The notes beneath the pieces were generated by a model that ran no database searches, was not told where the DNA came from, and worked only from the letters and a program-made list of their open reading frames with translations. From an uncultured Syntrophaceae bacterium (GTDB lineage Bacteria; Desulfobacterota; Syntrophia; Syntrophales; UBA2210), in contig CAZINZ010000004.1 in the NCBI GenBank assembly GCA_964540715.1, positions 1 through 62,830 on the forward strand: 62,830 bases of DNA, written 5' to 3'. Positions 46,331 through 56,254 of this stretch are shown piece by piece (the stretch's first letter is position 1; each line of letters opens with the position of its first letter). The translations under genes and the position numbers were made by a program.

Positions 46331-47173
46331 ATGGGAGTGATTATAATGAGACAGATTATCCTGGGGGACATTACTATCGGTGGAGAGGCCCCTTTTGTGC
46401 TGATTTCGGGTCCATGTGTTATTGAAGATGGTGTAAAGACGGAGCAAATAGCCTTGTACCTGAAGAATCTGGCGGGTGAGCTTAATATCCCTTTTATCTT
46501 CAAGGCATCCTATGACAAGGCAAACAGAAGCTCAATAAACTCTTTCAGGGGACCCGGATTTAAGGAAGGTCTTGATATCCTCAGGGGGATAAAAGACGGG
46601 CTTTCAATTCCCGTTCTTTCTGACGTTCATCGATATGAAGAGATTGAAGAAGCGTCCAAGGTTCTGGATGTGATTCAGATCCCGGCATTTTTGTGTCGGC
46701 AGACCGATTTTGTGATCGAAGTTGCCAGGGCTGCCGGGATAATTAATGTAAAGAAGGGTCAGTTTCTCGCTCCATGGGATGTGTCGAATATCTTTGACAA
46801 GATAACCTCCACTGGTAATGAAAACATAATTATTACCGAGAGGGGAGTAAGCTTCGGCTACAATAATCTTGTTGCAGACATGAGATCAATACCAATACTC
46901 AGGGGAATGGGGTATCCGGTTGTATTTGACGCCACCCACAGTGTACAGCTTCCTGGTGGTGCCGGCAGTTCGTCCGGCGGCAACCGGGAGATGGCGGTAT
47001 ATCTGTCAAGGGCGGCAGTCGCCACGGGAATTGACGGATTATTCCTTGAGGTTCATCCTGATCCTGAATGTGCCCTGTGCGATGGTCCCAATTCCCTTTA
47101 TTTGGATTCACTCCCGGACCTTCTCGGAATGCTGAAAAAAATTGATACGATCGTTAAAAACGCTAAAAATTGA
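46331..47173 (+). CDS. kdsA: KDO 8-phosphate synthase
   Basis: 'GPCVIE', 'FKASYDKANRSS', 'QIPAFLCRQTD', 'KKGQF', 'DATHSVQLPG'. Confidence 0.97.
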   Translation: MGVIIMRQIILGDITIGGEAPFVLISGPCVIEDGVKTEQIALYLKNLAGELNIPFIFKASYDKANRSSINSFRGPGFKEGLDILRGIKDGLSIPVLSDVHRYEEIEEASKVLDVIQIPAFLCRQTDFVIEVARAAGIINVKKGQFLAPWDVSNIFDKITSTGNENIIITERGVSFGYNNLVADMRSIPILRGMGYPVVFDATHSVQLPGGAGSSSGGNREMAVYLSRAAVATGIDGLFLEVHPDPECALCDGPNSLYLDSLPDLLGMLKKIDTIVKNAKN

Positions 47174-47187
47174 TAGAAAGATAATTT

Positions 47188-47727
47188 ATGGATAGATCAT
47201 TGTCTGAAAAGCTCAAGCTGATTGTTCTTCTGGTATTGGATGTTGATGGGGTACTGACAGACGGGAGGATAATTATTGATGATCTTGGAAATGAATCCAA
47301 GAACTTCAATGTCCGAGACGGACATGGCCTGAAGCTTCTGATGAGAGGTGGTATCGATGTTGCCTTGCTGACAGGTAGACAGTCAAAAGTTGTAATACAT
47401 CGTGCCGCTGAACTTGGAATCAAGCATGTTTATCAAGGTGTACATGATAAAGCAAAGTTGCTTGGCGAGATACTCGATGCAAGGGGAGTGTCTCGCGAGT
47501 GCGTTGCATATGTGGGTGATGACATAGTGGATGTCCCCGTGTTCAGAATGGTTGGGTTTTCGGTAGCCGTTGCGGATGCGCTCGATTATGTCAAGGCGGA
47601 ATCCGATTACGTCACCAAACAAAAAGGGGGTGGCGGAGCAGTGAGAGAAGTCTGCGAAATGATCCTCACCGCCAAGAATAAGTGGGACGATATAATTTCG
47701 AGATATGGGGTGATGATTGAACAATGA
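47188..47727 (+). CDS. kdsC: KDO 8-phosphate phosphatase
   Basis: 'LDVDGVLTDG', 'FNVRDGHG', 'YVGDD', 'GGGAVREVCE'. Confidence 0.95.
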   Translation: MDRSLSEKLKLIVLLVLDVDGVLTDGRIIIDDLGNESKNFNVRDGHGLKLLMRGGIDVALLTGRQSKVVIHRAAELGIKHVYQGVHDKAKLLGEILDARGVSRECVAYVGDDIVDVPVFRMVGFSVAVADALDYVKAESDYVTKQKGGGGAVREVCEMILTAKNKWDDIISRYGVMIEQ

Positions 47728-47736
47728 GACTATCGC

Positions 47737-47772
47737 TTTACATGCCCCAGGTTAAATGGTATATTTCTTGCT
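47737..47772 (+). promoter_or_regulatory. Overlapping sigma70-like and sigma54-like promoter motifs upstream of lptC
   Basis: TTTACA (47737-47742), 17 nt, TATATT (47760-47765); and TGGTATA-TTTC-TTGCT (47757-47772) with exact GG-N10-GC spacing. Confidence 0.5.
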
Positions 47773-47852
47773 AAAATACTCGGGAGAGTTTTAGGGTACA
47801 GTTTTTCTTTATCACGCCATTCAATTTTTAATGATCTCCCTGGATACAACCT

Positions 47853-48425
47853 TTGTTAGAGAAAATATCCGCAAAGAAACTTTTAATTGGAGGATGCATT
47901 CTCCTCGTTGGTGCGTTGCTTTTGCTCGTGCTCTACGCTGTCCACAGGGATGATGACACCGTTCTCAAAGTCCTTTCGGAGAGTGTTGATCTTCAAATAG
48001 AGGATTTTCACTATACCGAGGTAGGAGATCCTGATCTCACTTGGGAGATCAACGCCGATACCGCCAAGTACATCAAGAAAGATGCGGTCACTCTTTTTGA
48101 GACGATTAAAGTACAACTAATCTTTTCCAGTGGTGAGATATATACTATAACAGGCAAGAATGGTTCTATGTATACCGACACAAACGATATGGATATATAC
48201 GGGGATGTGGTTATCGTTTCAGGTAATGGTAATCGCATGGAGACGAGCAGGCTGAACTATACTGATGCTGATAGAAAAATCTATACGAAGGGTACAGTGG
48301 TGATGACTAGTCCCGGAGTCGATGTGAAAGGGATGGGCATGAATATATGGCTGGACGAGGGAAAAATATCCCTGTTGTCCAATATCAGTGCAGTGATAAC
48401 TGAAAACGGGTCATCTTCCGATTAG
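47853..48425 (+). CDS. lptC: LPS export ABC transporter periplasmic protein LptC
   Basis: N-terminal TM plus beta-jellyroll pattern; position directly before lptA-lptB. Confidence 0.85.
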   Translation: MLEKISAKKLLIGGCILLVGALLLLVLYAVHRDDDTVLKVLSESVDLQIEDFHYTEVGDPDLTWEINADTAKYIKKDAVTLFETIKVQLIFSSGEIYTITGKNGSMYTDTNDMDIYGDVVIVSGNGNRMETSRLNYTDADRKIYTKGTVVMTSPGVDVKGMGMNIWLDEGKISLLSNISAVITENGSSSD

Positions 48426-48486
48426 TTGTAGCTGAGAGACGGGAGATAAACCACAGAAAATAATTATAACAGGATGCTTACATGAT

Positions 48487-49002
48487 ATGAGAATAACAAC
48501 TTTACTGACGCTGTTTCTTATGTTGCTTTTCCCGCTTGGCACAGTATATGCGGCTGACGGACCAGATGGTTCGATACATATCACCTCCGATCGTCTGGAT
48601 GTTTATGATGACAAGGGCATCGTCCTTTTTTCCGGAAATGTTGTGGCTACTCAGGATATTACCGTGGCTAATTCGGACAAACTCTTTCTTTACTATGACA
48701 AGAAAAATGGTAAGGGAGAGTCACTTTCCGGTATCATGACTGATTCGGGAAAAATAGAGAGGATTGAGCTGGAGGGCAGAGTTATCGTAAAGAAGGGTGA
48801 ACGGACTGTCACCGGAGACAGAGGCATTTTCTACAATGCGGAGCAAAAAATCATTATGACAGGCAATGCAGTAATGATGGAGAAAGCCAATGTAGTCAGA
48901 GGCGACAGGATTACCGTCTTTCTTGATGAAAACAGGGGTGTTGTAGATAGTACCGGCGGGCAGAGAGTTACAGCTGTTATCTATCCTGATGATACTAAAT
49001 AG
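48487..49002 (+). CDS. lptA: LPS transport periplasmic protein LptA/OstA
   Basis: Signal peptide; 'IHITSDRL', 'FSGNVVATQ', 'GDRITV'. Confidence 0.88.
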   Translation: MRITTLLTLFLMLLFPLGTVYAADGPDGSIHITSDRLDVYDDKGIVLFSGNVVATQDITVANSDKLFLYYDKKNGKGESLSGIMTDSGKIERIELEGRVIVKKGERTVTGDRGIFYNAEQKIIMTGNAVMMEKANVVRGDRITVFLDENRGVVDSTGGQRVTAVIYPDDTK

Positions 49003-49043
49003 GAAACATGTCCAGTTACTATCTATTGGAGTAAATTGAATTC

Positions 49044-49766
49044 ATGGAAAAGCTGCTTGCGACAGAGCTGGTAAAAACCTACAACGGGCGATGTGTTGTT
49101 GATAAGGTCAATCTGGAGGTTCGAAGAGGGGAAGTGGTCGGTCTTCTTGGGCCTAACGGTGCGGGTAAGACAACTACCTTTTATATAATAGTCGGACTGA
49201 CGCTTCCGGATGATGGAAGTGTTATGTTGAACGGGGAAGATATCAGCCAGTTCCCGATGTATATGAGGGCCCGAAGGGGGATAAATTACCTTCCCCAGGA
49301 GCCGTCGGTATTCAGAAGACTGACAGTGGAAGAGAATATAATGGCTATTCTGGAAACACTGGATCTCAGTAAAGAGGAACGAGAGGAAAGGTTGTGCGGG
49401 CTTCTCGAAGAACTTGACCTGACGGGTCTCGCAAGAAATATGGCATATTCCCTTTCAGGTGGCGAACGCAGGAGGGTGGAGATTACAAGGGCGCTTGTCA
49501 CATCGCCGCAGTACATGTTGCTCGACGAGCCCTTTGCCGGAATTGATCCGATTGCTTTAGCGGATATTCAGAGTATTATACGTAAATTACGATCCAAGGG
49601 AATTGGAGTTCTGATTTCCGATCATAATGTTAGAGAAACTCTCAAGGTTTGTGACAGGGCGTATATCGTCAACGAGGGCGCTATCCTGGTTGAAGGTGAG
49701 CCTGATTATATAGCCGGCAGCGAAATTGCCCGTAAGTTTTATCTCGGGGAAGATTTCGATCTATAG
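49044..49766 (+). CDS. lptB: LPS export ABC transporter ATP-binding protein
   Basis: 'GPNGAGKTT', 'YLPQEPSVFR', 'LSGGERRRVEI', 'LLDEPFAGIDP'. Confidence 0.97.
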   Translation: MEKLLATELVKTYNGRCVVDKVNLEVRRGEVVGLLGPNGAGKTTTFYIIVGLTLPDDGSVMLNGEDISQFPMYMRARRGINYLPQEPSVFRRLTVEENIMAILETLDLSKEEREERLCGLLEELDLTGLARNMAYSLSGGERRRVEITRALVTSPQYMLLDEPFAGIDPIALADIQSIIRKLRSKGIGVLISDHNVRETLKVCDRAYIVNEGAILVEGEPDYIAGSEIARKFYLGEDFDL

Positions 49767-49834
49767 ATGATATCCTTCTGAAAATACACTTCCCTTGAAA
49801 AGTATTATTGCCGAATGAGAATACAGGCGAAATA

Positions 49835-51271
49835 ATGGTTTTTGAACTCAAACAGAATCTTAAACTGACTCAGCAGTTGATCATGACGCCGCAACTGCAG
49901 CAGTCGATCAGGCTTCTCCAGCTTTCGAGATTAGAGTTGATTTCTGCAATAAGCCAGGAACTTGAAGAAAATCCCCTCCTTGAAGAGCAATCTCCCGGTA
50001 ATGATCCTGAGACGGAAATTGTCCCGGAACTTGACGATATGAAGATTGAAACAAAGACGAGGGAAATCACAGGTGAAGGGGATGGAAAAGAGGATTTTGA
50101 CTGGGAAAGCTATATAGAAGATTTTGGACCTATGGGTGTACCCATTCATCAAGAGGATACAGACGCACCCCCTTTCGAGAATATGATTACCGAAACAAGT
50201 TCTCTCTCAGATCATCTCCTGTGGCAGCTTAACCTGTCCCGATTTACCGATGTGGAAAGACGTGTGGGGGAGCAAATAATCGGCAACTTAAACACTGAAG
50301 GATATCTCATGGCAACCACTGATGAGATTGCATCAATAGAAGATGTGGATCCGTACATGATTGAAGAAGTCCTTAATCGTGTGCAAAAATTTGATCCACT
50401 GGGTGTTGCTGCGAGAGATTTGAAGGAGTGTCTGCTCACACAGATAAGTTTTCTGGATGTTGATTCATCACTTACAGGTAAGATTATAGAATACCACCTG
50501 AAGGATCTTGAGACGAGAAATTACAACAATATAGCGAGGAAACTGAAGGTTTCTGTTGATGAAGTCGAGCAGGCGGCGTTGCTGATACTAAAACTGAATC
50601 CTAAACCCGGACTCCTTTACAACGAGGAAAGGTCACATTATATAATTCCTGATGTATTCGTTTTTAAGGTTGGTGACCTGTACAGGATTGTCCTGAATGA
50701 TGACGGCCTTCCGAAACTGAGGATAAGCAACTTTTATAAGAAAATTATGGGTGATACTCAAAATCACGACGGAGAAAAGTGTAAGGAATATATCAAGGAC
50801 AAAATGCAATCCGCAGCCTGGCTGATAAAAAGTATTCAGCAAAGGCAAAAAACGATCTACAGGGTCTCGGAGAGTATCGTCGAGCATCAGATGGAGTTTC
50901 TTGAAAATGGTATCAGTTATTTAAAGCCCATGGTTCTGAGAGATATTGCCGATGATATAGAGATGCATGAATCAACAATCAGCAGGGTCACTGCTAATAA
51001 ATACATGCATACGCCGAGGGGAATATTTGAACTTAAATATTTTTTTAATAGTGGGATAAACAGGATTGGCAATCTGCAGATAGCATCGCAAAGTGTCAAG
51101 GAAAAGATCAGTGAGATAGTCAGCGGGGAAGATGAAAAAAAACCTTATAATGACAGTCAGATAGTTGATATTCTCTCTGGATACAAAATATCCATAGCAA
51201 GAAGAACCGTAGCGAAATACAGGGAAATGCAGGGAATACTCCCATCATCCAAGAGGAAAAAATATTTCTGA
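49835..51271 (+). CDS. rpoN: RNA polymerase sigma-54 factor
   Basis: Gln/Leu-rich region I 'MTPQLQQSIRLLQL', 'HESTISR', RpoN box 'ARRTVAKYR'. Confidence 0.98.
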   Translation: MVFELKQNLKLTQQLIMTPQLQQSIRLLQLSRLELISAISQELEENPLLEEQSPGNDPETEIVPELDDMKIETKTREITGEGDGKEDFDWESYIEDFGPMGVPIHQEDTDAPPFENMITETSSLSDHLLWQLNLSRFTDVERRVGEQIIGNLNTEGYLMATTDEIASIEDVDPYMIEEVLNRVQKFDPLGVAARDLKECLLTQISFLDVDSSLTGKIIEYHLKDLETRNYNNIARKLKVSVDEVEQAALLILKLNPKPGLLYNEERSHYIIPDVFVFKVGDLYRIVLNDDGLPKLRISNFYKKIMGDTQNHDGEKCKEYIKDKMQSAAWLIKSIQQRQKTIYRVSESIVEHQMEFLENGISYLKPMVLRDIADDIEMHESTISRVTANKYMHTPRGIFELKYFFNSGINRIGNLQIASQSVKEKISEIVSGEDEKKPYNDSQIVDILSGYKISIARRTVAKYREMQGILPSSKRKKYF

Positions 51272-51288
51272 TTTTGGTAAAATGTCGA

Positions 51289-51317
51289 TTGACTTTTACT
51301 GCTGGCTCAAATATAAG
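51289..51317 (+). promoter_or_regulatory. Putative sigma70 promoter of hpf
   Basis: TTGACT, 17 nt, TATAAG. Confidence 0.55.
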
Positions 51318-51365
51318 GCGGAACTTCGCTGTGTTTGAGATTACTGATTAAGAGGAGAAATACCT

Positions 51366-51899
51366 ATGCAAACTACTTTTACATTTCGGAATATGGAAGC
51401 AGGTGAGTGGCTGAAAGAATATGCTGAAAAAAAGCTTTCCAGGATTGAGCGATATGTGGATAAGCCTGTAAGCGCCACTGTGATACTGTCAATGGAAAAA
51501 TTCAGGAATGTTGCGGAAATAAAACTATCTGCCAGGAATATAGTCCTTCAGGGTAGCGAAGAGGCGAAAGAAATGACCCTTGCTATCGACAATGTTATAG
51601 ATAAGATTGAACGTCAGATAAAAAAGATTAAGCAAAAGACACGGAATCACAAGGATGTTGCGTCCAGGGCAGAAGGCATGGATACGGGCGCTGAAGAATT
51701 TGATGAATTTGATGAGACCTCCAAAGTGGCGGAGACAAAGAAGATCATACTTGAACCCATGTCACTCGAAGATGCGATTCTGGAAATGGACGATTCAAGA
51801 AAAATGTTTATTATTTATAGAGATTCTTCCTCCGAAAAAGTGAGTATCATCTACCGTCGGGATGACGGAAAATATGTCCTGATTGAGACCAACAGCTAA
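51366..51899 (+). CDS. hpf: Ribosome hibernation promoting factor (long HPF)
   Basis: S30Ae N-domain ('AIDNVIDKIERQIKK') plus C-terminal 'PMSLEDAILEM...IYRRDDG'. Confidence 0.93.
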   Translation: MQTTFTFRNMEAGEWLKEYAEKKLSRIERYVDKPVSATVILSMEKFRNVAEIKLSARNIVLQGSEEAKEMTLAIDNVIDKIERQIKKIKQKTRNHKDVASRAEGMDTGAEEFDEFDETSKVAETKKIILEPMSLEDAILEMDDSRKMFIIYRDSSSEKVSIIYRRDDGKYVLIETNS

Positions 51900-51917
51900 A
51901 ATAGCAGGTAAAACATA

Positions 51918-52382
51918 ATGAATATTCAGGACATGCTTAAAAAAGAATTTGTCATAGGTGATCTGAAATCCAGAACCAAGAAAGAGGTTCTCATTGAACT
52001 TACGGATGTCTTTCAGCACGGTGATACAGGTATTGATCGTAACGCCGTGATTGATGTGTTGCTGGAAAGGGAAAAACTTGGAAGCACGGGAATAGGTGAT
52101 GGTATTGCCATTCCTCATGGGAAGCTTCCAGTCCTTGACAAGCTTGTTGTTTCATTCGGAAGAAGTGTGACGGGGGTTGATTTTGATTCCCTCGATGGCA
52201 GGCCAGTGCATATCTTCTTTTTGCTTTTGGCGCCAGAAAATTCCGCGGGATTGCATTTGAAGGCTTTGGCCAGGATATCCCGGATGTTGAAAGATGTTTC
52301 TTTCAGAGAGTCTCTTATCAATGCCGACTCACCTGAAAGTATTTATAATCTGATAGTTGAAAAGGACCCCGCAGACATTTAA
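51918..52382 (+). CDS. ptsN: PTS EIIA(Ntr)
   Basis: 'EREKLGSTGIGDGIAIPHGK', 'FDSLDGRPV', 'HLKALARISR'. Confidence 0.93.
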   Translation: MNIQDMLKKEFVIGDLKSRTKKEVLIELTDVFQHGDTGIDRNAVIDVLLEREKLGSTGIGDGIAIPHGKLPVLDKLVVSFGRSVTGVDFDSLDGRPVHIFFLLLAPENSAGLHLKALARISRMLKDVSFRESLINADSPESIYNLIVEKDPADI

Positions 52383-52510
52383 AAGAATTGAATCAATTTC
52401 AGTTGAAGTTTTTATGGGTGAGTCATTGCGATTATAGGCCCGGTTGACGCAAGGGGTTAATGGTTCAATGATTCGAATTGATTTATGATTAAGAAGTACG
52501 CGGAGGCTCA

Positions 52511-53377
52511 ATGAATAATTTTCGTGTAGTCATTGTGACCGGCCTGTCGGGTTCAGGAAAGAGCACGGCGTTAAGGGCTCTTGAAGACGTCGGTTTCTTT
52601 TGCGTAGATAACCTTCCTGTCCTCCTTCTTCCTAAGTTTCTCGATCTGCAGACCGGTGCAACGTCCGAAGTTTCGAAAATAGCGCTTGTCATGGATCTGC
52701 GTGAGAAACACTTCCTTGAAAAGTATCTCGAAGTCTTCTCCCGATTGAGGAGAAAGAGATACAATCTCGAGATACTCTTCCTTGATACAAATAACAACAT
52801 CCTTCTGCGAAGGTTCAGCGAGACGAGGAGAACGCATCCACTATCGGATGGCAAGACCATTCTTGAAAGCATAAAGCTGGAACGGGATAAACTGAACGAA
52901 TTGATGGGGATGGCAGACAATGTCATTGACACGTCCAACTATACTGTTCACCAGCTGAAGGAACGTGTTCAGGGCCTCTATCTTGCTCCCGGCTCAGGCA
53001 ATAAACTTCATATTAATCTGATATCGTTCGGATATCGTTTCGGTCTGCCCCCGGATGTAGATGTCGTGATGGATGTCAGATTCCTCCCAAATCCATATTT
53101 TGTTAAGGACCTCAAAGACCACAATGGCAATGAAAAGGTCGTGGAAGAATATGTTATGCGATGGGATGACACCGAACAGTTTCTTTTAAATCTCTTCAGT
53201 ATGATGACTTTTCTTACGCCACTGTACGAAAAAGAAGGCAAATCATACCTGAATATCGGTATAGGATGTACTGGCGGAAGACACCGGTCGGTTGTTATTC
53301 TCAATCAATTGGCAAACTATTTTTCGGACAGGGAATACGCAACAAATGTTAGCCACCGGGATATAGACAGGACGTGA
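52511..53377 (+). CDS. rapZ: RNase adapter RapZ
   Basis: 'TGLSGSGKS', 'CVDNLP', 'RRTHPL', 'DVRFLPNP', 'GCTGGRHRSV'. Confidence 0.96.
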   Translation: MNNFRVVIVTGLSGSGKSTALRALEDVGFFCVDNLPVLLLPKFLDLQTGATSEVSKIALVMDLREKHFLEKYLEVFSRLRRKRYNLEILFLDTNNNILLRRFSETRRTHPLSDGKTILESIKLERDKLNELMGMADNVIDTSNYTVHQLKERVQGLYLAPGSGNKLHINLISFGYRFGLPPDVDVVMDVRFLPNPYFVKDLKDHNGNEKVVEEYVMRWDDTEQFLLNLFSMMTFLTPLYEKEGKSYLNIGIGCTGGRHRSVVILNQLANYFSDREYATNVSHRDIDRT

Positions 53378-53403
53378 AAATAAAAGGTAACTACTCAGGT
53401 TGT

Positions 53404-53475
53404 TTAGACTGTAGGCTGAAGGCATTTAGTTTACAAAAAGGCTAACAGTCTTTAGCCTGATAGCCCTCAGTCTAA
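53404..53475. repeat. Imperfect inverted repeat built from about 7-nt units between convergent genes
   Basis: TTAGACTG (53404-53411) / CAGTCTAA (53468-53475), with TAGACTG-TAGGCTG on the left and ACAGTCT-TTAGCCT-..-TCAGTCT on the right. Confidence 0.55.
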
Positions 53476-53540
53476 TCCCGACTCGTTGGGACAGTCTGAC
53501 TGTGTGAGTAATTGCAACAAAAGGATTAAGGGCTTACTCC

Positions 53541-54866
53541 TTACGGAGATGCCAGCTTTCTTGTTATATTATCCTTTATCCAGTGTGGATCCCACCATTC
53601 CACGGGGTTTACAAATTTTTCTCCTACGATCATACTGAAGTGGAGGTGATCACCTCCTGCCATGCCGGTGTTACCTGTGCGACCGATCATCTCTCCTTTT
53701 CCGACTGCTTGTTCTTTATTTACGCTTACCGACGAGAGATGACTATAAAGGCTGAAGATTCCCATGCCGTGATCTATGATTATTGTATTGCCGTAGATTC
53801 CGAGATATCCTGTAAAGGTGACAATGCCCCCGTTTGACGCCTCCACCGGCGCGTTTCTCGTGGATGCGAGATCAACTCCCATATGCACGCTTTTACTTAT
53901 TTCCCTGCCGTCATTATAATAAGTTCTCCTGTCACCGAAGGTTGCCATAGTGGCGGCATTTTTCATCCGGAGGAATGTTCCTTCCCAGAGTTGCTCCGGC
54001 CGCGTATCTTTGCATGTTGTCTCAATGGTTTTCAGATTGTCCGCTCTCATTTCCCTGTTTATGCGCGAGAAGGCTTCGATCAGAGTTGTTCCTCTCAAGT
54101 CTTTGTATCTGTTCTGAAACTCCGGCATCTTCATTTCCAGGAAACGCTGACTGATATTCATCCTGTCGCTGCGGAATTTCTTGTTTCTTATATGAAAAGA
54201 GACCGGACAGAGTGAAGTATTTCCGGCATTGTCTTCAGCCAGGATACTTATCTTCAAGGTTTTCTTTGCGGCATCCATGGGTATGGCAAAATAAGATATA
54301 TGACGTATTCTGCCCGCTGTGGTTTCCGGATATGAGGGAAAGAAATCGTTGCCGACCTGTACGCCGCTTAGAGGTACACCCTCGGAAAGATTGTAGGCTA
54401 TGACGCACGACCCCCCCGGGTTTATATAGTTAGAAAAACTCACAGGGGATATCCGGGGCGGTAGGGTATCTATAACTACTTCAAATATAACGGTACTTGT
54501 ATTCTTCCTGAGCGAATGGTCTGTAACGACTATGTCGATTGTGGCGGTTCCATCATGGAGTTTCAGCTCTTCCGGGAATACATCAATTGTCAGGGTTTCC
54601 TTGTTTATCTTCTTTTGAGGCAGGTTCAGAGAGCCTAATGTGTATTTCTTTCCATCCTGTAAGATATCGACGGAAACATTTCGAAGGCCACTCTTTCTGT
54701 CAATGCAGGTGACATCAAAGGTTGTTTCCTGCCCTATCATCTTGATATCACGGCTTAATATTATCTCCGGGTTTTCTCCCTCCCAATAGACCATAAAGGC
54801 CCAGATTCCCACACTCACCAGTGCGATCAACACAATAGAGAACAGATATCTCAGATACTTTTTCAT
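53541..54866 (-). CDS. M23-family metallopeptidase
   Basis: N-terminal anchor; 'HMGVDLA', 'IYGNTIIIDHG', 'SLYSHL', 'GDHLHFS'. Confidence 0.93.
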   Translation of the reverse strand: MKKYLRYLFSIVLIALVSVGIWAFMVYWEGENPEIILSRDIKMIGQETTFDVTCIDRKSGLRNVSVDILQDGKKYTLGSLNLPQKKINKETLTIDVFPEELKLHDGTATIDIVVTDHSLRKNTSTVIFEVVIDTLPPRISPVSFSNYINPGGSCVIAYNLSEGVPLSGVQVGNDFFPSYPETTAGRIRHISYFAIPMDAAKKTLKISILAEDNAGNTSLCPVSFHIRNKKFRSDRMNISQRFLEMKMPEFQNRYKDLRGTTLIEAFSRINREMRADNLKTIETTCKDTRPEQLWEGTFLRMKNAATMATFGDRRTYYNDGREISKSVHMGVDLASTRNAPVEASNGGIVTFTGYLGIYGNTIIIDHGMGIFSLYSHLSSVSVNKEQAVGKGEMIGRTGNTGMAGGDHLHFSMIVGEKFVNPVEWWDPHWIKDNITRKLASP

Positions 54867-55048
54867 ATAATCCTCTCTTTTATGATTTCATCAAATCTTC
54901 TCAATTTTATCCAACCCTTTCACAGTTGACCTTATATTTAATAACTGTTATGTTTTTCAATATATTCTGACACCATATTGGATTTTTGAGAAAGAGCTGA
55001 CAGCATAAATTATTTTTACATATTACTCGTGAATGCAGGGGCAGTACC

Positions 55049-56254
55049 ATGCTGAATGACAAAAATGTTGTTCTCGGGATAACAGGCGGTATCGCCGCAT
55101 ATAAGGCTGCGGAGCTGACTAGGGAGCTTCTGAAGCGAGGAGCTACAGTGAAGGTCATCATGACAGAAAATGCGGCCAGATTCATAGGCCCGCTTACCCT
55201 GCAGACGCTCTCCGGTAATCCGGTTTACAGCGACATGTTCTCTCTCGCAGCTGACTCTGAGATACCTCATATATCTCTGGCACAGTCTGCCGATATAATC
55301 GTTGTGGCTCCGGCAACGGCCAATATAATCGGCAAAATCGCGTCTGGTATTGCCGACGATCTTCTCTCTACGACAATAATAGCCACAAAGGCCCCCGTGT
55401 TGATATGTCCGGCTATGAATTCAAATATGTATGACAATCCCATCCTGAGATCCAATATTGATAAACTTTCCTCGCTGGGCTATCTCTTTGTGAACGCCGG
55501 ATATGGAGAACTTGCCTGCAAGTCACGAGGTCCCGGAAGATTGCCGGACCCCGGAGATATTGCTGAAGAGGTAGAGGTGGTTCTGACAGAGAACAATCTG
55601 GAAGGCCACAGGATACTGATAACAGCAGGCCCTACCATAGAATCGTTTGATCCGGTAAGGTATATATCAAATCACTCATCAGGGAAGATGGGATACGCCC
55701 TGGCCATAATGGCGAGGAGGAGGGGCGCGGATGTCACGCTGATCAGTGGGCCCACCGCGCTTTCCATGCCGGCTGGTGTCAAATTTATAGGAGTATTGAG
55801 TGCTGAGGAGATGAGAGAGGCTGTAATGGAGCATCTTGAAGATTCGACAGTTATTATCAAGGCTGCCGCGGTAGCCGACTACCGCCCACCCACTGCCTCG
55901 GATTCCAAGATAAAGAAAAAAGATGAGGAGCTGGATGTTCGCCTTGAGAGAACGCCCGATATAATATCCGAAGTCAGCGACAGAAAAGAGAATCGCATAC
56001 TCGTAGGATTTGCCATGGAGACGGAAAATCTTGCTGAAAATGCGAAAAGCAAGATGATTGCCAGGGATATGGATCTGATAGTGGCGAACGAACTTGGCCG
56101 TCCCGGTTCCGGATTTCAGCACGACACAAATATTGTAAAGATAATAGACAGAGCAGGCGGCATCGAAGAATTGCCCCTTATGGACAAAAAAGATGTGGCG
56201 GACAGGATTTTGGACAGGGTTCTGGAAATCTCCGGCAGAAGGGGTGAAAAATGA
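55049..56254 (+). CDS. coaBC: Bifunctional phosphopantothenoylcysteine decarboxylase/ligase
   Basis: 'GITGGIAAYK', 'APATANIIGK', 'PAMN', 'TAGPT.E..DPVRYISNHSSGKMG', 'GFAMET'. Confidence 0.97.
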   Translation: MLNDKNVVLGITGGIAAYKAAELTRELLKRGATVKVIMTENAARFIGPLTLQTLSGNPVYSDMFSLAADSEIPHISLAQSADIIVVAPATANIIGKIASGIADDLLSTTIIATKAPVLICPAMNSNMYDNPILRSNIDKLSSLGYLFVNAGYGELACKSRGPGRLPDPGDIAEEVEVVLTENNLEGHRILITAGPTIESFDPVRYISNHSSGKMGYALAIMARRRGADVTLISGPTALSMPAGVKFIGVLSAEEMREAVMEHLEDSTVIIKAAAVADYRPPTASDSKIKKKDEELDVRLERTPDIISEVSDRKENRILVGFAMETENLAENAKSKMIARDMDLIVANELGRPGSGFQHDTNIVKIIDRAGGIEELPLMDKKDVADRILDRVLEISGRRGEK

